Of a stretch of DNA of 64,000 bases, positions 55,417 to 64,000 are shown one piece after another. The stretch is from the NCBI GenBank assembly GCA_037146775.1, contig JBAWWL010000003.1, forward strand, positions 66,334 to 130,333, given 5' to 3'. Origin of the DNA: Candidatus Omnitrophota bacterium (GTDB lineage: Bacteria > Omnitrophota > Gorgyraeia > Duberdicusellales > 4484-171). A program made the translations under genes and the position numbers. The notes under the pieces were generated by a model. The model did not search any database. It worked only from the letters and a program-made list of their open reading frames with translations, and was not told where the DNA came from. Every line of letters starts with the position of its first letter. Position 1 is the first letter of the stretch.

Positions 55417-56643
55417 ATGAAGATAGCAGCACATAAAAGAAAGATTATTTTTGTTTTCTTAGCAATTTTGTTTATAAGTTTATTCTTTCGTTATGCTCAG
55501 CGTGCGCCTAAAAGAAAATACTGTGATTTCAGGGTTTATTATGCCACGGCCGAGCGTTTCTTGGCTAAAGACGATATTTATTCCCGGCCGGACGAGGCAA
55601 TAACACCTTTTAAGTACTCACCCATGTTTGCATTGCTGGTTGCGCCGCTTGCTTTTGTGTCTCAGAAGTGCGCAAGCCTTATTTTTTTTACGATAAGTTT
55701 TTTTTCTCTTCTTGCCGTTTTTATCTTGTCCAAAAAGTTAATTGTAAAGGAGCCGGTTACATTTAAGCAAAGATTATTGTTATATATTGTGCCGGCAGTT
55801 TTTACTTCACGTTTTATTTTTGCTGTTTTAGACTCAGGCCAGGTAACCAATATAATATTTTTCTTGGTAGTTCTTGGCCTTTATTTGTTAGAAAAGAAGA
55901 AAGAAGTGTTATCTGCGGCCAGTATCGGACTTTCGACTATGTTCAAATATACTTCAGGCTTGTTTCTTCCATACTTTGTGTTTCGAAAAAAAATAAAGGT
56001 AGTACTATTTGTAATTTTCTCCGCCGCACTCTATTGTATATTGCCAGCCCTGCATGTCGGTATCAGCCAGGAGGCAACTTATTTAAAGAAATGGTTACCA
56101 TTTATCAGCGAAACGTCTTTAGATAAAGGCTCATGGTATGATCCAAAAAACCAGTCGCTATATTCTTTTGTTTTGCGTATCGCAGGGATGGATTCTCCTT
56201 TCCGGTTAATAGCCAAGCTGACTCTTTGGCAGGGCTTAGCGGTAGCGTTCTTGATAGGTGCATTTATATATCTTTTAATTCTTATTAAGGCAAAGAAACA
56301 AAATAGTAGTAATCGAATAGATTATGCGTTGTTGTTTCTTTGTATGGCTCTTTTTAATCCTAATGCCTGGCTAGCGAATTTCGTGGTTTTCGTCTTCGCT
56401 TATATGGTTATTTTGTATCACATAATATTAACTCGGTATAAGGACAGGCTTAGCCTGGCGCTTATGATACTTTCCTTCATGATTGCAAGCTGGTTTAGCG
56501 AATCAATGGTTGGAGATAATTTGCAGAAATTCTTCGAAAGTTTATCCACCGTTACTATTGGTGCGCTATTATTGGTTTTTGTCCTGTTACGCTTAAAATT
56601 CAGCTCAAAAACAGCAGCATTATTACCTTCAAATCAAACATAA
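55417..56643 (+). CDS. polytopic membrane protein (DUF2029/GT87-like glycosyltransferase candidate)
   Basis: About 11 transmembrane segments with no soluble domain, similar to small GT-C mannosyltransferase-like proteins. The call is from architecture only. Confidence 0.35.
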   Translation: MKIAAHKRKIIFVFLAILFISLFFRYAQRAPKRKYCDFRVYYATAERFLAKDDIYSRPDEAITPFKYSPMFALLVAPLAFVSQKCASLIFFTISFFSLLAVFILSKKLIVKEPVTFKQRLLLYIVPAVFTSRFIFAVLDSGQVTNIIFFLVVLGLYLLEKKKEVLSAASIGLSTMFKYTSGLFLPYFVFRKKIKVVLFVIFSAALYCILPALHVGISQEATYLKKWLPFISETSLDKGSWYDPKNQSLYSFVLRIAGMDSPFRLIAKLTLWQGLAVAFLIGAFIYLLILIKAKKQNSSNRIDYALLFLCMALFNPNAWLANFVVFVFAYMVILYHIILTRYKDRLSLALMILSFMIASWFSESMVGDNLQKFFESLSTVTIGALLLVFVLLRLKFSSKTAALLPSNQT

Positions 56644-56693
56644 TCCTAACATTCTTTTCTGTCGATTTTCTGATATAATAAAAAGATACAATT

Positions 56694-56783
56694 TATTCTC
56701 CTCCGCCGAATATCCTGTGGCAAGCTACAGAGAATTCAGCTTCGGAGAAATGAACTGGATATCCTTCAGAGTTCATAGGGGGA
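56694..56783 (-). repeat. GC-rich MITE-like element B (module 2, inverted relative to element A)
   Basis: Its reverse complement, CCAGTTCATTTCTCCGAAGCTGAATTCTCTGTAGCTTGCCACAGGATATTCGGCGGAGGAGAAT, aligns to 51270-51337. Confidence 0.65.
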
Positions 56784-56799
56784 GTATGTGGAGTTTCAT

Positions 56800-57900
56800 A
56801 TGATGGATAAAAACAAAAAAAGCACAATATTTTTAACAGGCGCCACTGGACTGTTGGGTTCTTATTTATTAAAAATTCTCCTTGAAAATGATAATAAAGT
56901 TTATGCGCTCGTAAGAAGCAGAAAGAATAAAAGTGGCTACCAACGAGTTATTGATCTTTTGAAATTTTGGGACGATTCAATATCAGCCACTACATTAAAA
57001 AATCTTATAGCCATAGAAGGAGATATTACCTTAGACGATTTTGGATTTGAACAAAAAGATACACTAAAAGTGATTAGTTCAGAGGTTGAAGTAATTTTTC
57101 ACTGCGCAGCGTTAACAAGTTTTATAGCTCCCCTAGCTATACTTAAAAAAATAAATATAGAAGGAACGAAAAAAGTTTTTGACTTTGCATTAGGCTGCAA
57201 GAAAATTAAAAAAATAAATCATATAAGCACAGCTTTTGTGGTAGGAAATAAAAACGATATTAATTTTAACGAAGGGATGTTGAAGCTAGGACAAGGTTTT
57301 TATAATGATTATGAGCGAACTAAATACGAAGCAGAAGAGTTAATGGATGGTTATAGGAAAAAAGGAATAAATATATCAGTCTTTCGTCCAAGCCTAATTA
57401 TAGGAGAATCTAAGGATGGTAAAACTAATAATTTTAACTTTTTCTATGAGCCACATCGTTTCTTCTCGCAAGAACTTTATGCAGATTTCCCCATGAATTT
57501 AGAGTGCTCGCTAAACCTTATTAATATAGATACTGCAACTAAAGCAATTTTTTTACTTGGTTGTAGAGATGAGTCAGCAACGTATCATATAGTTTCACCG
57601 GATGACACAAATAATTATTTTTTTGCAAAGTTGTCATCAGAATATTTTGGATTCAAAATGCCAAAATTTACGCCTTTAGAAAAATTTGACTTTACGAAAT
57701 GGACATTTACACAAAAAGTGTTAGCCACCCCTTTCATTCCTTATTGCAACTATAAAAATAAGTTTATTTCTTCCTATGCCTCAAACATTCTAAAAGAATA
57801 CAAATTTGAATATCCAAAAATAGATAGTAAAAATCTGATTAGGACATTTGAGTATTGTGATAGAGTAGGATTCATTAAAAAGAAAACATACAAAATATGA
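56800..57900 (+). CDS. SDR-family NAD-dependent epimerase/dehydratase or thioester-reductase-like protein (NAD_binding_4-like)
   Basis: IFLTGATGLLGSYLL Rossmann motif, and YxxxK (YERTKYEAE). The in-frame ATG at 56800 is preferred over the GTG at 56788. Confidence 0.55.
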   Translation: MMDKNKKSTIFLTGATGLLGSYLLKILLENDNKVYALVRSRKNKSGYQRVIDLLKFWDDSISATTLKNLIAIEGDITLDDFGFEQKDTLKVISSEVEVIFHCAALTSFIAPLAILKKINIEGTKKVFDFALGCKKIKKINHISTAFVVGNKNDINFNEGMLKLGQGFYNDYERTKYEAEELMDGYRKKGINISVFRPSLIIGESKDGKTNNFNFFYEPHRFFSQELYADFPMNLECSLNLINIDTATKAIFLLGCRDESATYHIVSPDDTNNYFFAKLSSEYFGFKMPKFTPLEKFDFTKWTFTQKVLATPFIPYCNYKNKFISSYASNILKEYKFEYPKIDSKNLIRTFEYCDRVGFIKKKTYKI

Positions 57901-59981
57901 ATGTCTTTCTAGTAATTAGTTGTTTAGTCGCGGTTAATAACGTAATAATGGCATTCTTTTTGATATTAAAGGGGAGCCACAAATCTATAAATAAGATTTT
58001 CAGTGCAATGTCTATCGCAATAGCCATATGGGGTTTTGCTGGGGTAATGATTTCTCTCACACCAAAATCTCAATATAATTCGGCATTATTCTGGTGGCAA
58101 TTTGCATATACAGGGATAATTTTCATCCCTGTATTTTATGTGCACTTCATCTTTACATTTCTAAATTTAAGGAGAAGATTTTTCATTATTTCTATGTATT
58201 TGATAGGGCTAATTTTATTATTTTTTAATTGGTATGATCATTCAAGGCTATTTTTAGGAGATTTTACATTTACGTTCAATCAATTCTATTGGCACGATTG
58301 GACAAAGTCACGAAGCGCTATATATTTAACTTTTTATATCAGTTTTTATTGGTTATTACTTACATATGGATTTGTATATCTTTTATTTAGCTTTATTAAG
58401 ACACGAATTGTTGTACGTAACCAATTCAAATATATCATAATAGGTTCAATCGTTGGTTTGATCGGAGGGCAGTCTAACTTTTTTCCAGATTTTGATTTAA
58501 AAATATACCCTTATCTTAATTTCTTGACCGCCTTTTACGTTCCTATTCTTGCCTATGGTATACTGCGGTATCGTGTGATGGATATTCGTGTTGCTCTTTC
58601 TCGCGCGGGGATATTTATTTTTATTTATGCTTTCATCCTGGGATCACCGCTATGGTTTGGAGCAAAAACAGGCCTTTGGGTTTGGGCAGTATTAATGATG
58701 GGCGTTTTATCCACTATAGGCCCATTTATATACAGCTATTTACGCCAGCAAATAGAAAATGCTCTTTTCAAAGAACAGCAGCGTTATCAAAAGGCGATAC
58801 GCGAGCTGGCTAAGCGAATGACCCAGATAAGAGAATTAGATAAGCTCTTTGTGGAAATCGTAGCGGAAGTTTATGCTGTTGTTCAACCGCAATTTATCGC
58901 TCTTTATACTTTTTCTAGCGCAGAAAAGGTATATACGTTGAGCCGTCATCATCTGCCGATTGATTATGCTTTTGACAAACAAATTTTGCTTAACTCTCAG
59001 CTTATTGCAGTATTTTCTAAACACAAGCGTCCGATGTTGGCGGAGAGCGCCAGTACCGCGAATTTTCCTCTGGAAACATTACTTGTGCCTTATTTTAGTG
59101 AGGGTCGTCTTTTTGGTTTTTTAGTGTTGGGCCAGAAGTCAACCAAATTGATGTATACAGATTCTGATTTTGTTACTTTTGATATACTTTCTTCGCAGGT
59201 TTCTTTAGCTATTGAAAACTGCCTTTTTTGGCAGGAAGAGAAAACCCGGCTCGCTAAAGAAGAGCAAATCAGGCGCCAGCGGGCGATGGATCATTTTAGC
59301 GCTTCATTGGCTCACGAAATAGATAATCCCATTTTTGCGGTAACCGGAATAGCAGAAGTGGTGAAGGTGGTTATAATGGAGGATTTAAAAAGTTATATTC
59401 CGCAAGATAAATTAGATTATCTTTCCGATAGGCTCAGCCGCATCAACCATGACCTTTTAAGAATCTCTAAAATGATAAAGGCAATCAGGGAATTTTCTTC
59501 ACAAACTAAAGGTGAGCAGGTGATTTTGGATTTGGACGAGGTCTTAAGCGGTTTTTTTAGTATTGTTGAGCCGCAGTTTAAGTATGAGGGTATTGTTTTC
59601 GAGAAAGAAGTAGAAACAGGCATAAAGATAAAGGGAAATAAAATCCACCTGGAAGAAGTTTTGGTAAATTTTTCCACCAACTCTATCCACGCGGTAAAAT
59701 ATAACAATAAAAAAGAAAAAAGAATATCACTCACCGTACGTAAAAACAGCCCCGCGACATTTTTGGTAGAATTTAAAGATAATGGATATGGGATAAAACA
59801 GGAATTATTAGAAGATATTTTTCTTGATTTTGTTACCACTAAGGCTTCGAGTGAAGGTAGTGGTATCGGGCTTGGGAGAGTGAGAAAGATAATTGAAGAT
59901 CACGGCGGTAAAGTTTGGGCGTCTTCGCAAGGAGAAAACACCGGTTCCGCTTTTTTTATCGAAATGCCGGCGCAGTTATAA
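57897..59981 (+). CDS. sensor histidine kinase with an N-terminal multi-pass membrane sensor domain
   Basis: About 8 transmembrane segments in the N-terminal ~300 aa, an H-box (FSASLAHEIDNPI), and a HATPase_c with G-boxes (DNGYGI, GSGIGLGRV). Confidence 0.8.
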   Translation: MNVFLVISCLVAVNNVIMAFFLILKGSHKSINKIFSAMSIAIAIWGFAGVMISLTPKSQYNSALFWWQFAYTGIIFIPVFYVHFIFTFLNLRRRFFIISMYLIGLILLFFNWYDHSRLFLGDFTFTFNQFYWHDWTKSRSAIYLTFYISFYWLLLTYGFVYLLFSFIKTRIVVRNQFKYIIIGSIVGLIGGQSNFFPDFDLKIYPYLNFLTAFYVPILAYGILRYRVMDIRVALSRAGIFIFIYAFILGSPLWFGAKTGLWVWAVLMMGVLSTIGPFIYSYLRQQIENALFKEQQRYQKAIRELAKRMTQIRELDKLFVEIVAEVYAVVQPQFIALYTFSSAEKVYTLSRHHLPIDYAFDKQILLNSQLIAVFSKHKRPMLAESASTANFPLETLLVPYFSEGRLFGFLVLGQKSTKLMYTDSDFVTFDILSSQVSLAIENCLFWQEEKTRLAKEEQIRRQRAMDHFSASLAHEIDNPIFAVTGIAEVVKVVIMEDLKSYIPQDKLDYLSDRLSRINHDLLRISKMIKAIREFSSQTKGEQVILDLDEVLSGFFSIVEPQFKYEGIVFEKEVETGIKIKGNKIHLEEVLVNFSTNSIHAVKYNNKKEKRISLTVRKNSPATFLVEFKDNGYGIKQELLEDIFLDFVTTKASSEGSGIGLGRVRKIIEDHGGKVWASSQGENTGSAFFIEMPAQL

Positions 59982-60039
59982 ACAATAAGTTCTAAATAAT
60001 TGTACTATTCATGAGTCAAGTTTACACTTTATGTATTAC

Positions 60040-60215
60040 TAATTTCGTTTATCGTCTATCGGGTGCTCGCCTCGCTAAAGCTTCAGCGAAGCGGGCGCGA
60101 CTCGTTTCGGTTGCGTTAATCGTCAACCGGCTTTGTTTCTTATGATATTTCTGACTCAACCGTTATACGATAGACGATACGAGCTGCGCCTGCCTCGCCG
60201 GCAAGGCGGGCAACC
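60040..60215. repeat. structured GC-rich repeat region C (module 1 copy nested inside an ATCGTCTATCG / CGATAGACGAT inverted repeat)
   Basis: 60047-60060 pairs with 60168-60183. Module 1 at 60064-60098 is homologous to 51231-51268, and a further hairpin GCCTGCCTCGCC-GGCAAGGCGGGC lies at 60189-60212. Confidence 0.55.
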
Positions 60216-60318
60216 GTTTAACGCATAACGAGACAGAAAGCTGTAAACACATCTATCGAATTATACACACAACTTAAAACTTATAACTTACAATTAGCAT
60301 TCTTGCGAGGAGGTAACT

Positions 60319-60705
60319 ATGGAGAAAAGAAGGATTCTTGTGGTTGATGACGAAGAAGATATTTGTATTTTTCTCAAAGACATATTAGCCCGCGTCGGAT
60401 TTGAGGTTTATACTGCGTTAAGCGGGCAACAGGCTATGGAGATTTTTAAGAAGTATAAGCCGCATGCGTGCATTATTGACGTGCATATGCCATTTTCCGA
60501 ATATGACGGTATAGAAGTCTTGAGGCGCATTAAAGAGCTCGATAAAAAAACCAACTGTGTTATGATAACGCGTATTGATGATGATGAAAAAATAACCGAA
60601 GCAGCGTCTTTGGGGGCGCAAGAGTATTTAATAAAACCTGTGCGCTTGGAAAAGCTAAAAGAATTGGCAGAATCTTTGAAGGCTGACACCCCTTCGAAAA
60701 AATAA
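60319..60705 (+). CDS. single-domain response regulator (CheY-like receiver)
   Basis: ILVVDDEEDI with the conserved Asp pocket, and a phospho-acceptor Asp in IIDVHMP. There is no output domain, and the RBS is GAGGAGG. Confidence 0.8.
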   Translation: MEKRRILVVDDEEDICIFLKDILARVGFEVYTALSGQQAMEIFKKYKPHACIIDVHMPFSEYDGIEVLRRIKELDKKTNCVMITRIDDDEKITEAASLGAQEYLIKPVRLEKLKELAESLKADTPSKK

Positions 60706-60706
60706 T

Positions 60707-62059
60707 ATGAATAATCTTTTCAATACAGATAAAATTTATTCTGTTTCGGAGCTGAATAATACCGTCAAACAGCTGATTAGGCAAGAGTTTCCCAGTCACG
60801 TCTGGGTATGCGGAGAAATCCAGGATTTGAGAGATCGTGGTATTATCAATTTAAACCTGGTTCAGAAACATGCTGCGTTTGATGAAATCGTTGCCCAGGT
60901 AAAAGCGGTCATTTTTGAGAACGTAAAACCGCAGATTATCAGGCGGATTAAAGAAACCGAGGGCAGTTTTGAGTTAAAGAAAGATATTGAAGTAAAATTA
61001 CTCTGTAAAGTTGATTTATATGTCAAGACCGGCCAATTCAGTTTAACGGTTGTCGACATTGACCCTGTCTATACGATTGGGAAAATTGCCCAAGGCCGGC
61101 AAAAAATTATCGAGGAGTTACGCACGAAGGGCCTCTTAGAAAGGAATAAGCAACTGCGTATGCCCAGCCTACCTTTACGCATAGGCCTGATTACTTCGAG
61201 CGACTCAGCCGCTTATCACGATTTTATCGATGAGTTGAAAAAAAGTAGCTACGGTTTTAAGGTTTTTTTATACGATAGCTACATGCAAGGAGCGCAAAGC
61301 GAACAGAGCGTTCTTGCCGGTTTAAGTATTTTTAATAGTTTAACCGAAGAAGAGCTGGATATTATTTTGATTGCTCGCGGCGGAGGCTCTACCGCGGATT
61401 TAAGCTGGTTTGATAATAAAAAGATCGCTGAGGCAGTTGCTCTTTCGCGCTTTCCGGTTCTTTCCGCTCTTGGCCATCAAATAAACACTACTATTACCGA
61501 TATGGTCGCGCATACGTCGGTCAAAACTCCCACTAAAGGTGCACAAGTATTAGTGGAAGCAGTACAAATATTCTTGCAACAGGTCACGGACCTTGAAAAA
61601 GAAATTTGTTTTCAAGCCGAGAATTTTGTTGAACGCAAGAAAAAAGCTCTAGAAAACGCAGTGCTGAAAATTGATTCCGGCCTTTTGCGGTATTTTCGCC
61701 TGCATAGAGACCAGCTGCGCGACGGCCAACTACAAGTGAATAACTTTGCGCAACGTTTTTTGACAGCTCAGAAGCAGCAACTTTGTGCTAATTTTGATAT
61801 GTTAAAACTACGCGCGGATACGTTATTTAAAAACTGTCGCGACGAGATACAGTTTAGGCAAGATAAAGTCCGTTTGCTTGACCCCAGGCATATTCTCAAG
61901 CGAGGCTATTCTGTAACCCTTCAAAATGGTAAGGCATTGAAATCCGTTGACAATGTTACAGAAAATGATATTATTAAAACTCTTCTTTTTGATGGGATGC
62001 TGGAGTCCAGGGTGACAGAAAAGGCAAGAGAACATGAGCAAGAAAACGATAAAATATAG
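60707..62059 (+). CDS. xseA: exodeoxyribonuclease VII large subunit
   Basis: N-terminal OB-fold signature YSVSELNNTVKQLIRQEFPSHVWVCGEIQD, and a length of ~450 aa. Confidence 0.85.
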   Translation: MNNLFNTDKIYSVSELNNTVKQLIRQEFPSHVWVCGEIQDLRDRGIINLNLVQKHAAFDEIVAQVKAVIFENVKPQIIRRIKETEGSFELKKDIEVKLLCKVDLYVKTGQFSLTVVDIDPVYTIGKIAQGRQKIIEELRTKGLLERNKQLRMPSLPLRIGLITSSDSAAYHDFIDELKKSSYGFKVFLYDSYMQGAQSEQSVLAGLSIFNSLTEEELDIILIARGGGSTADLSWFDNKKIAEAVALSRFPVLSALGHQINTTITDMVAHTSVKTPTKGAQVLVEAVQIFLQQVTDLEKEICFQAENFVERKKKALENAVLKIDSGLLRYFRLHRDQLRDGQLQVNNFAQRFLTAQKQQLCANFDMLKLRADTLFKNCRDEIQFRQDKVRLLDPRHILKRGYSVTLQNGKALKSVDNVTENDIIKTLLFDGMLESRVTEKAREHEQENDKI

Positions 62060-62261
62060 CGAAGCCGTCAGCGAATTAAACACTATTTTAGACGGTTTGG
62101 AGGCTGAGCAGGTAGATGTTGATGAGGTTTCGGTTAAGGTGAAACGGGCCATCGAACTGATCAAGTTTTGCCGGGAAAAAATCGAGCATACCGAACTAGA
62201 AGTGCGTAAGATCGTAAAGGAATTCGAAAAAGATCCCAGTAAGGATCAAGAGCATACGTAA
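62034..62261 (+). CDS. xseB: exodeoxyribonuclease VII small subunit
   Basis: A 75-aa coiled-coil protein overlapping the xseA 3' end, with the typical LEELE...LE pattern. Confidence 0.75.
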   Translation: MSKKTIKYSEAVSELNTILDGLEAEQVDVDEVSVKVKRAIELIKFCREKIEHTELEVRKIVKEFEKDPSKDQEHT

Positions 62262-62283
62262 ACACGGTTAAGGAGGAAGTATC

Positions 62284-63261
62284 ATGTTTTCCCTGAATAT
62301 GCGAATGTCTATCTTGGTAATTATTCTCTTTAGCATTCTTTATGCAGTCGGCTCATTAATCATGTACTATGGTTTTGGGGTAAGCGGTTTTGCTCCCCAG
62401 ATAGTGCTGGCCTTGGCAATTGCACTTATTCAATATCTCGTTGGCCCAAAAATCGTAGAAATGGTTATGCAGGTAAAATATATCAACAAGGCTGATGCCC
62501 CGTGGCTGTTTGAAATGGTCGAAGAGCTCGCGCGTAAAGCTAACCTTCCTACCCCGAAAATAGGCATATCGTATATAAATGTCCCCAACGCTTTTGCCTT
62601 CGGCCGCGGCGTAAAAGACGGCCGAGTTTGTGTTACCAAGGGGATTATGGATTTGTTGAACCATGAAGAATTGAGAGCGGTGCTGGGCCATGAGTTGTCC
62701 CATATTAAGAACCGCGATGTTTTGTTTATTACTTTTCTCTCGGTTATCCCGTTGATTCTTTATCGGTTATTTTTCCAGCTGACCTTTTTTGGCGGTTATT
62801 CGCGCAGGCGCGAGAATGGAGGGTATGCCGCATTATTAGGGATAGCGGCTTTCCTTTTTTATTTTATCACTAATTTGCTGGTTCTCTATGCTTCGCGCAT
62901 TCGGGAATACTTTGCCGACAAGGGTTCGATAATGCTGGGCAATTCCCCCGCGGTTATGGCCACTGCCCTTTATAAGCTGGTATATGGGGCGGCTAAAACT
63001 CCGAAAGAGGAATTGAAACAGGTGGAAGGAGTAAAAGCATTTTTCTTGAATGATTTATCCAAGGCTAGACAGGAAATAAACGAATTAGCCGAGCTAGACT
63101 TAGATAGAAGCGGTACCATAGATCCCTATGAGCTGAGAAGCCTTAGGGAGAAGCCGATACATTTAGGTTTTGCGGATAGGGCGATGGAATTGCTGAGCAC
63201 GCACCCGAATATGCTAAAAAGGATCAAGCATCTTTCGCAGTATACTCGGACCGGTGCCTAA
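62284..63261 (+). CDS. htpX: M48-family zinc metalloprotease HtpX homologue, with an EF-hand-like insertion near the C-terminus
   Basis: HELSHIKNRD (HExxH) zinc site, N-terminal transmembrane helices, and a C-terminal STHPNMLKRI motif. The insert DLDRSGTIDPYE fits the canonical EF-hand loop pattern. Confidence 0.75.
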   Translation: MFSLNMRMSILVIILFSILYAVGSLIMYYGFGVSGFAPQIVLALAIALIQYLVGPKIVEMVMQVKYINKADAPWLFEMVEELARKANLPTPKIGISYINVPNAFAFGRGVKDGRVCVTKGIMDLLNHEELRAVLGHELSHIKNRDVLFITFLSVIPLILYRLFFQLTFFGGYSRRRENGGYAALLGIAAFLFYFITNLLVLYASRIREYFADKGSIMLGNSPAVMATALYKLVYGAAKTPKEELKQVEGVKAFFLNDLSKARQEINELAELDLDRSGTIDPYELRSLREKPIHLGFADRAMELLSTHPNMLKRIKHLSQYTRTGA

Positions 63262-63363
63262 ATATAGCCTTTTGATACAATTCATAACATATTGTCCTGC
63301 AATAAGTTAACCTTGAAGTGTCGCCAAACAACAATTTTATTTTTATTATCTATTAAATTGGGG

Positions 63364-63398
63364 TTGACAGAAAGGGGACAAAAAGGTATTATATAATA
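63364..63398 (+). promoter_or_regulatory. sigma70-like promoter for rpsO (TTGACA-N17-TATTAT/TATAAT)
   Basis: ttgacagaaaggggacaaaaaggtattatataat lies immediately upstream of rpsO. Confidence 0.55.
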
Positions 63399-63400
63399 CC

Positions 63401-63664
63401 ATGTTAGCAAAAGATAAAAAGAAAAATTTAATTGAGAAATTCAAGGAGCACACGCAGGACACTGGTTCTTCTTCCGTGCAGATCGCATTGCTTACTCAGA
63501 GAATCAGCGATTTGACCGAGCACCTTAAAAAACACAAAAAAGACTTCCATTCACGCCGGGGTCTTTTGATGCTGGTAGGAAGACGTCGGCGTCTAATCAC
63601 TTATCTCAAGAAAAAAGATCCACAGGCCTATAATGAAGTCGTAAAGGATCTTAACCTCAAATAA
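63401..63664 (+). CDS. rpsO: 30S ribosomal protein S15
   Basis: An 87-aa protein with the conserved S15 motif [23 protein letters not shown], followed by pnp as in most bacteria. Confidence 0.9.
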   Translation: MLAKDKKKNLIEKFKEHTQDTGSSSVQIALLTQRISDLTEHLKKHKKDFHSRRGLLMLVGRRRRLITYLKKKDPQAYNEVVKDLNLK

Positions 63665-63665
63665 A

Positions 63666-64000
63666 ATGAGCTTTTCTCTTACCCTTTCTAATTTAGGAAA
63701 AGACCCTCTTACCTTTTCTACGGGAGAGTGGGCTAAGCAAGCCAACGGCAGCGTAAATGCTTCTTATGGCGATACCGTTGTTCTTGCCACTGTCTGCATG
63801 GCTCAAGAGCCTAAAGAAGCGAGAAATTTCCTACCTTTAACTGTCGAATACCAGGAAAAAACCTATGCGATGGGCAAAATTCCCGGAGGCTTTCTCAAGC
63901 GGGAAGGCCGGCCCAAAGACGAAGAAATATTGAATGCCCGCCTTATCGACCGTCCCCTAAGGCCACTTTTTCCTAAGGGATTAGTCAATGAAATCCAGAT
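63666..64000 (+). CDS. pnp: polyribonucleotide nucleotidyltransferase (PNPase), 5' partial at window end
   Basis: GDTVVLATV...[25 protein letters not shown]...[13 protein letters not shown] are the conserved PNPase N-terminal RNase PH-like domain motifs. Confidence 0.85.
   Translation, partial: MSFSLTLSNLGKDPLTFSTGEWAKQANGSVNASYGDTVVLATVCMAQEPKEARNFLPLTVEYQEKTYAMGKIPGGFLKREGRPKDEEILNARLIDRPLRPLFPKGLVNEIQ

Noticed and set aside
1-64000. tRNA genes, rRNA genes, integrase or transposase genes
   Set aside because: I found no cloverleaf-compatible tRNA-like segments and no recognisable recombinase ORFs in the six-frame track. The mobile signals here are confined to short non-autonomous repeats and gene-fragment scars.

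Overview
This is an AT-rich bacterial window (roughly mid-30s % GC by eye). About 60 genes lie on the + strand and one (a GT2 at 7316..8062) on the - strand. Almost the whole window is a cell-surface glycan biosynthesis island. It contains, in order: (1) a UDP-2,3-diacetamido-sugar style module (Gmd/Rmd-like SDR, WbpB-like Gfo/Idh/MocA oxidoreductase, WbpD-like hexapeptide acetyltransferase, WbpE-like DegT aminotransferase); (2) an AAA ATPase gene that looks inserted into the 5' end of an FAD-oxidoreductase gene; (3) an array of four polytopic GT-C-type membrane glycosyltransferases with three DPM1/GtrB-like polyprenyl-phosphate-sugar synthases; (4) a pseudaminic-acid-like nonulosonic acid module (pseB, pseC, NeuB-family synthase, pseG-like, AKR-cytidylyltransferase fusion, class III aminotransferase) followed by four Zn-ribbon SAM methyltransferases (one TylCIII-like C-methyltransferase), an Fe-ADH-family enzyme and a B12-binding radical SAM enzyme; (5) a module of split transketolase, SDR, ATP-grasp, GH57-like, TagF-like and Wzx-like flippase genes; (6) a GT2/GT4/GT9 array with a WbaP-like priming phosphoglycosyltransferase and a WaaL/Wzy-like ligase. 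The island ends at a sensor kinase plus orphan receiver, followed by housekeeping genes (xseA, xseB, htpX, rpsO, pnp). The most unusual features are several short-repeat families. A degenerate heptanucleotide tandem repeat (ACAGAGG-like, coding a 7-aa RTEDRGQ period) occurs at three loci: twice, in inverted orientation and in frame, inside the DegT aminotransferase gene, and once as the C-terminal tail of a GT2 gene. A GC-rich palindromic MITE-like family has one copy inserted in frame in the O-antigen-ligase gene. Two related hairpin elements with compensatory substitutions sit immediately upstream of start codons. An iteron-like GATTACAGTGATT repeat array lies between the priming transferase and the ligase. 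Degenerate partial gene duplicates (FAD-oxidoreductase N-terminus, radical-SAM N-terminus, flippase C-terminus) point to past rearrangement. All functional calls are from motif recognition only; no database searches were run.
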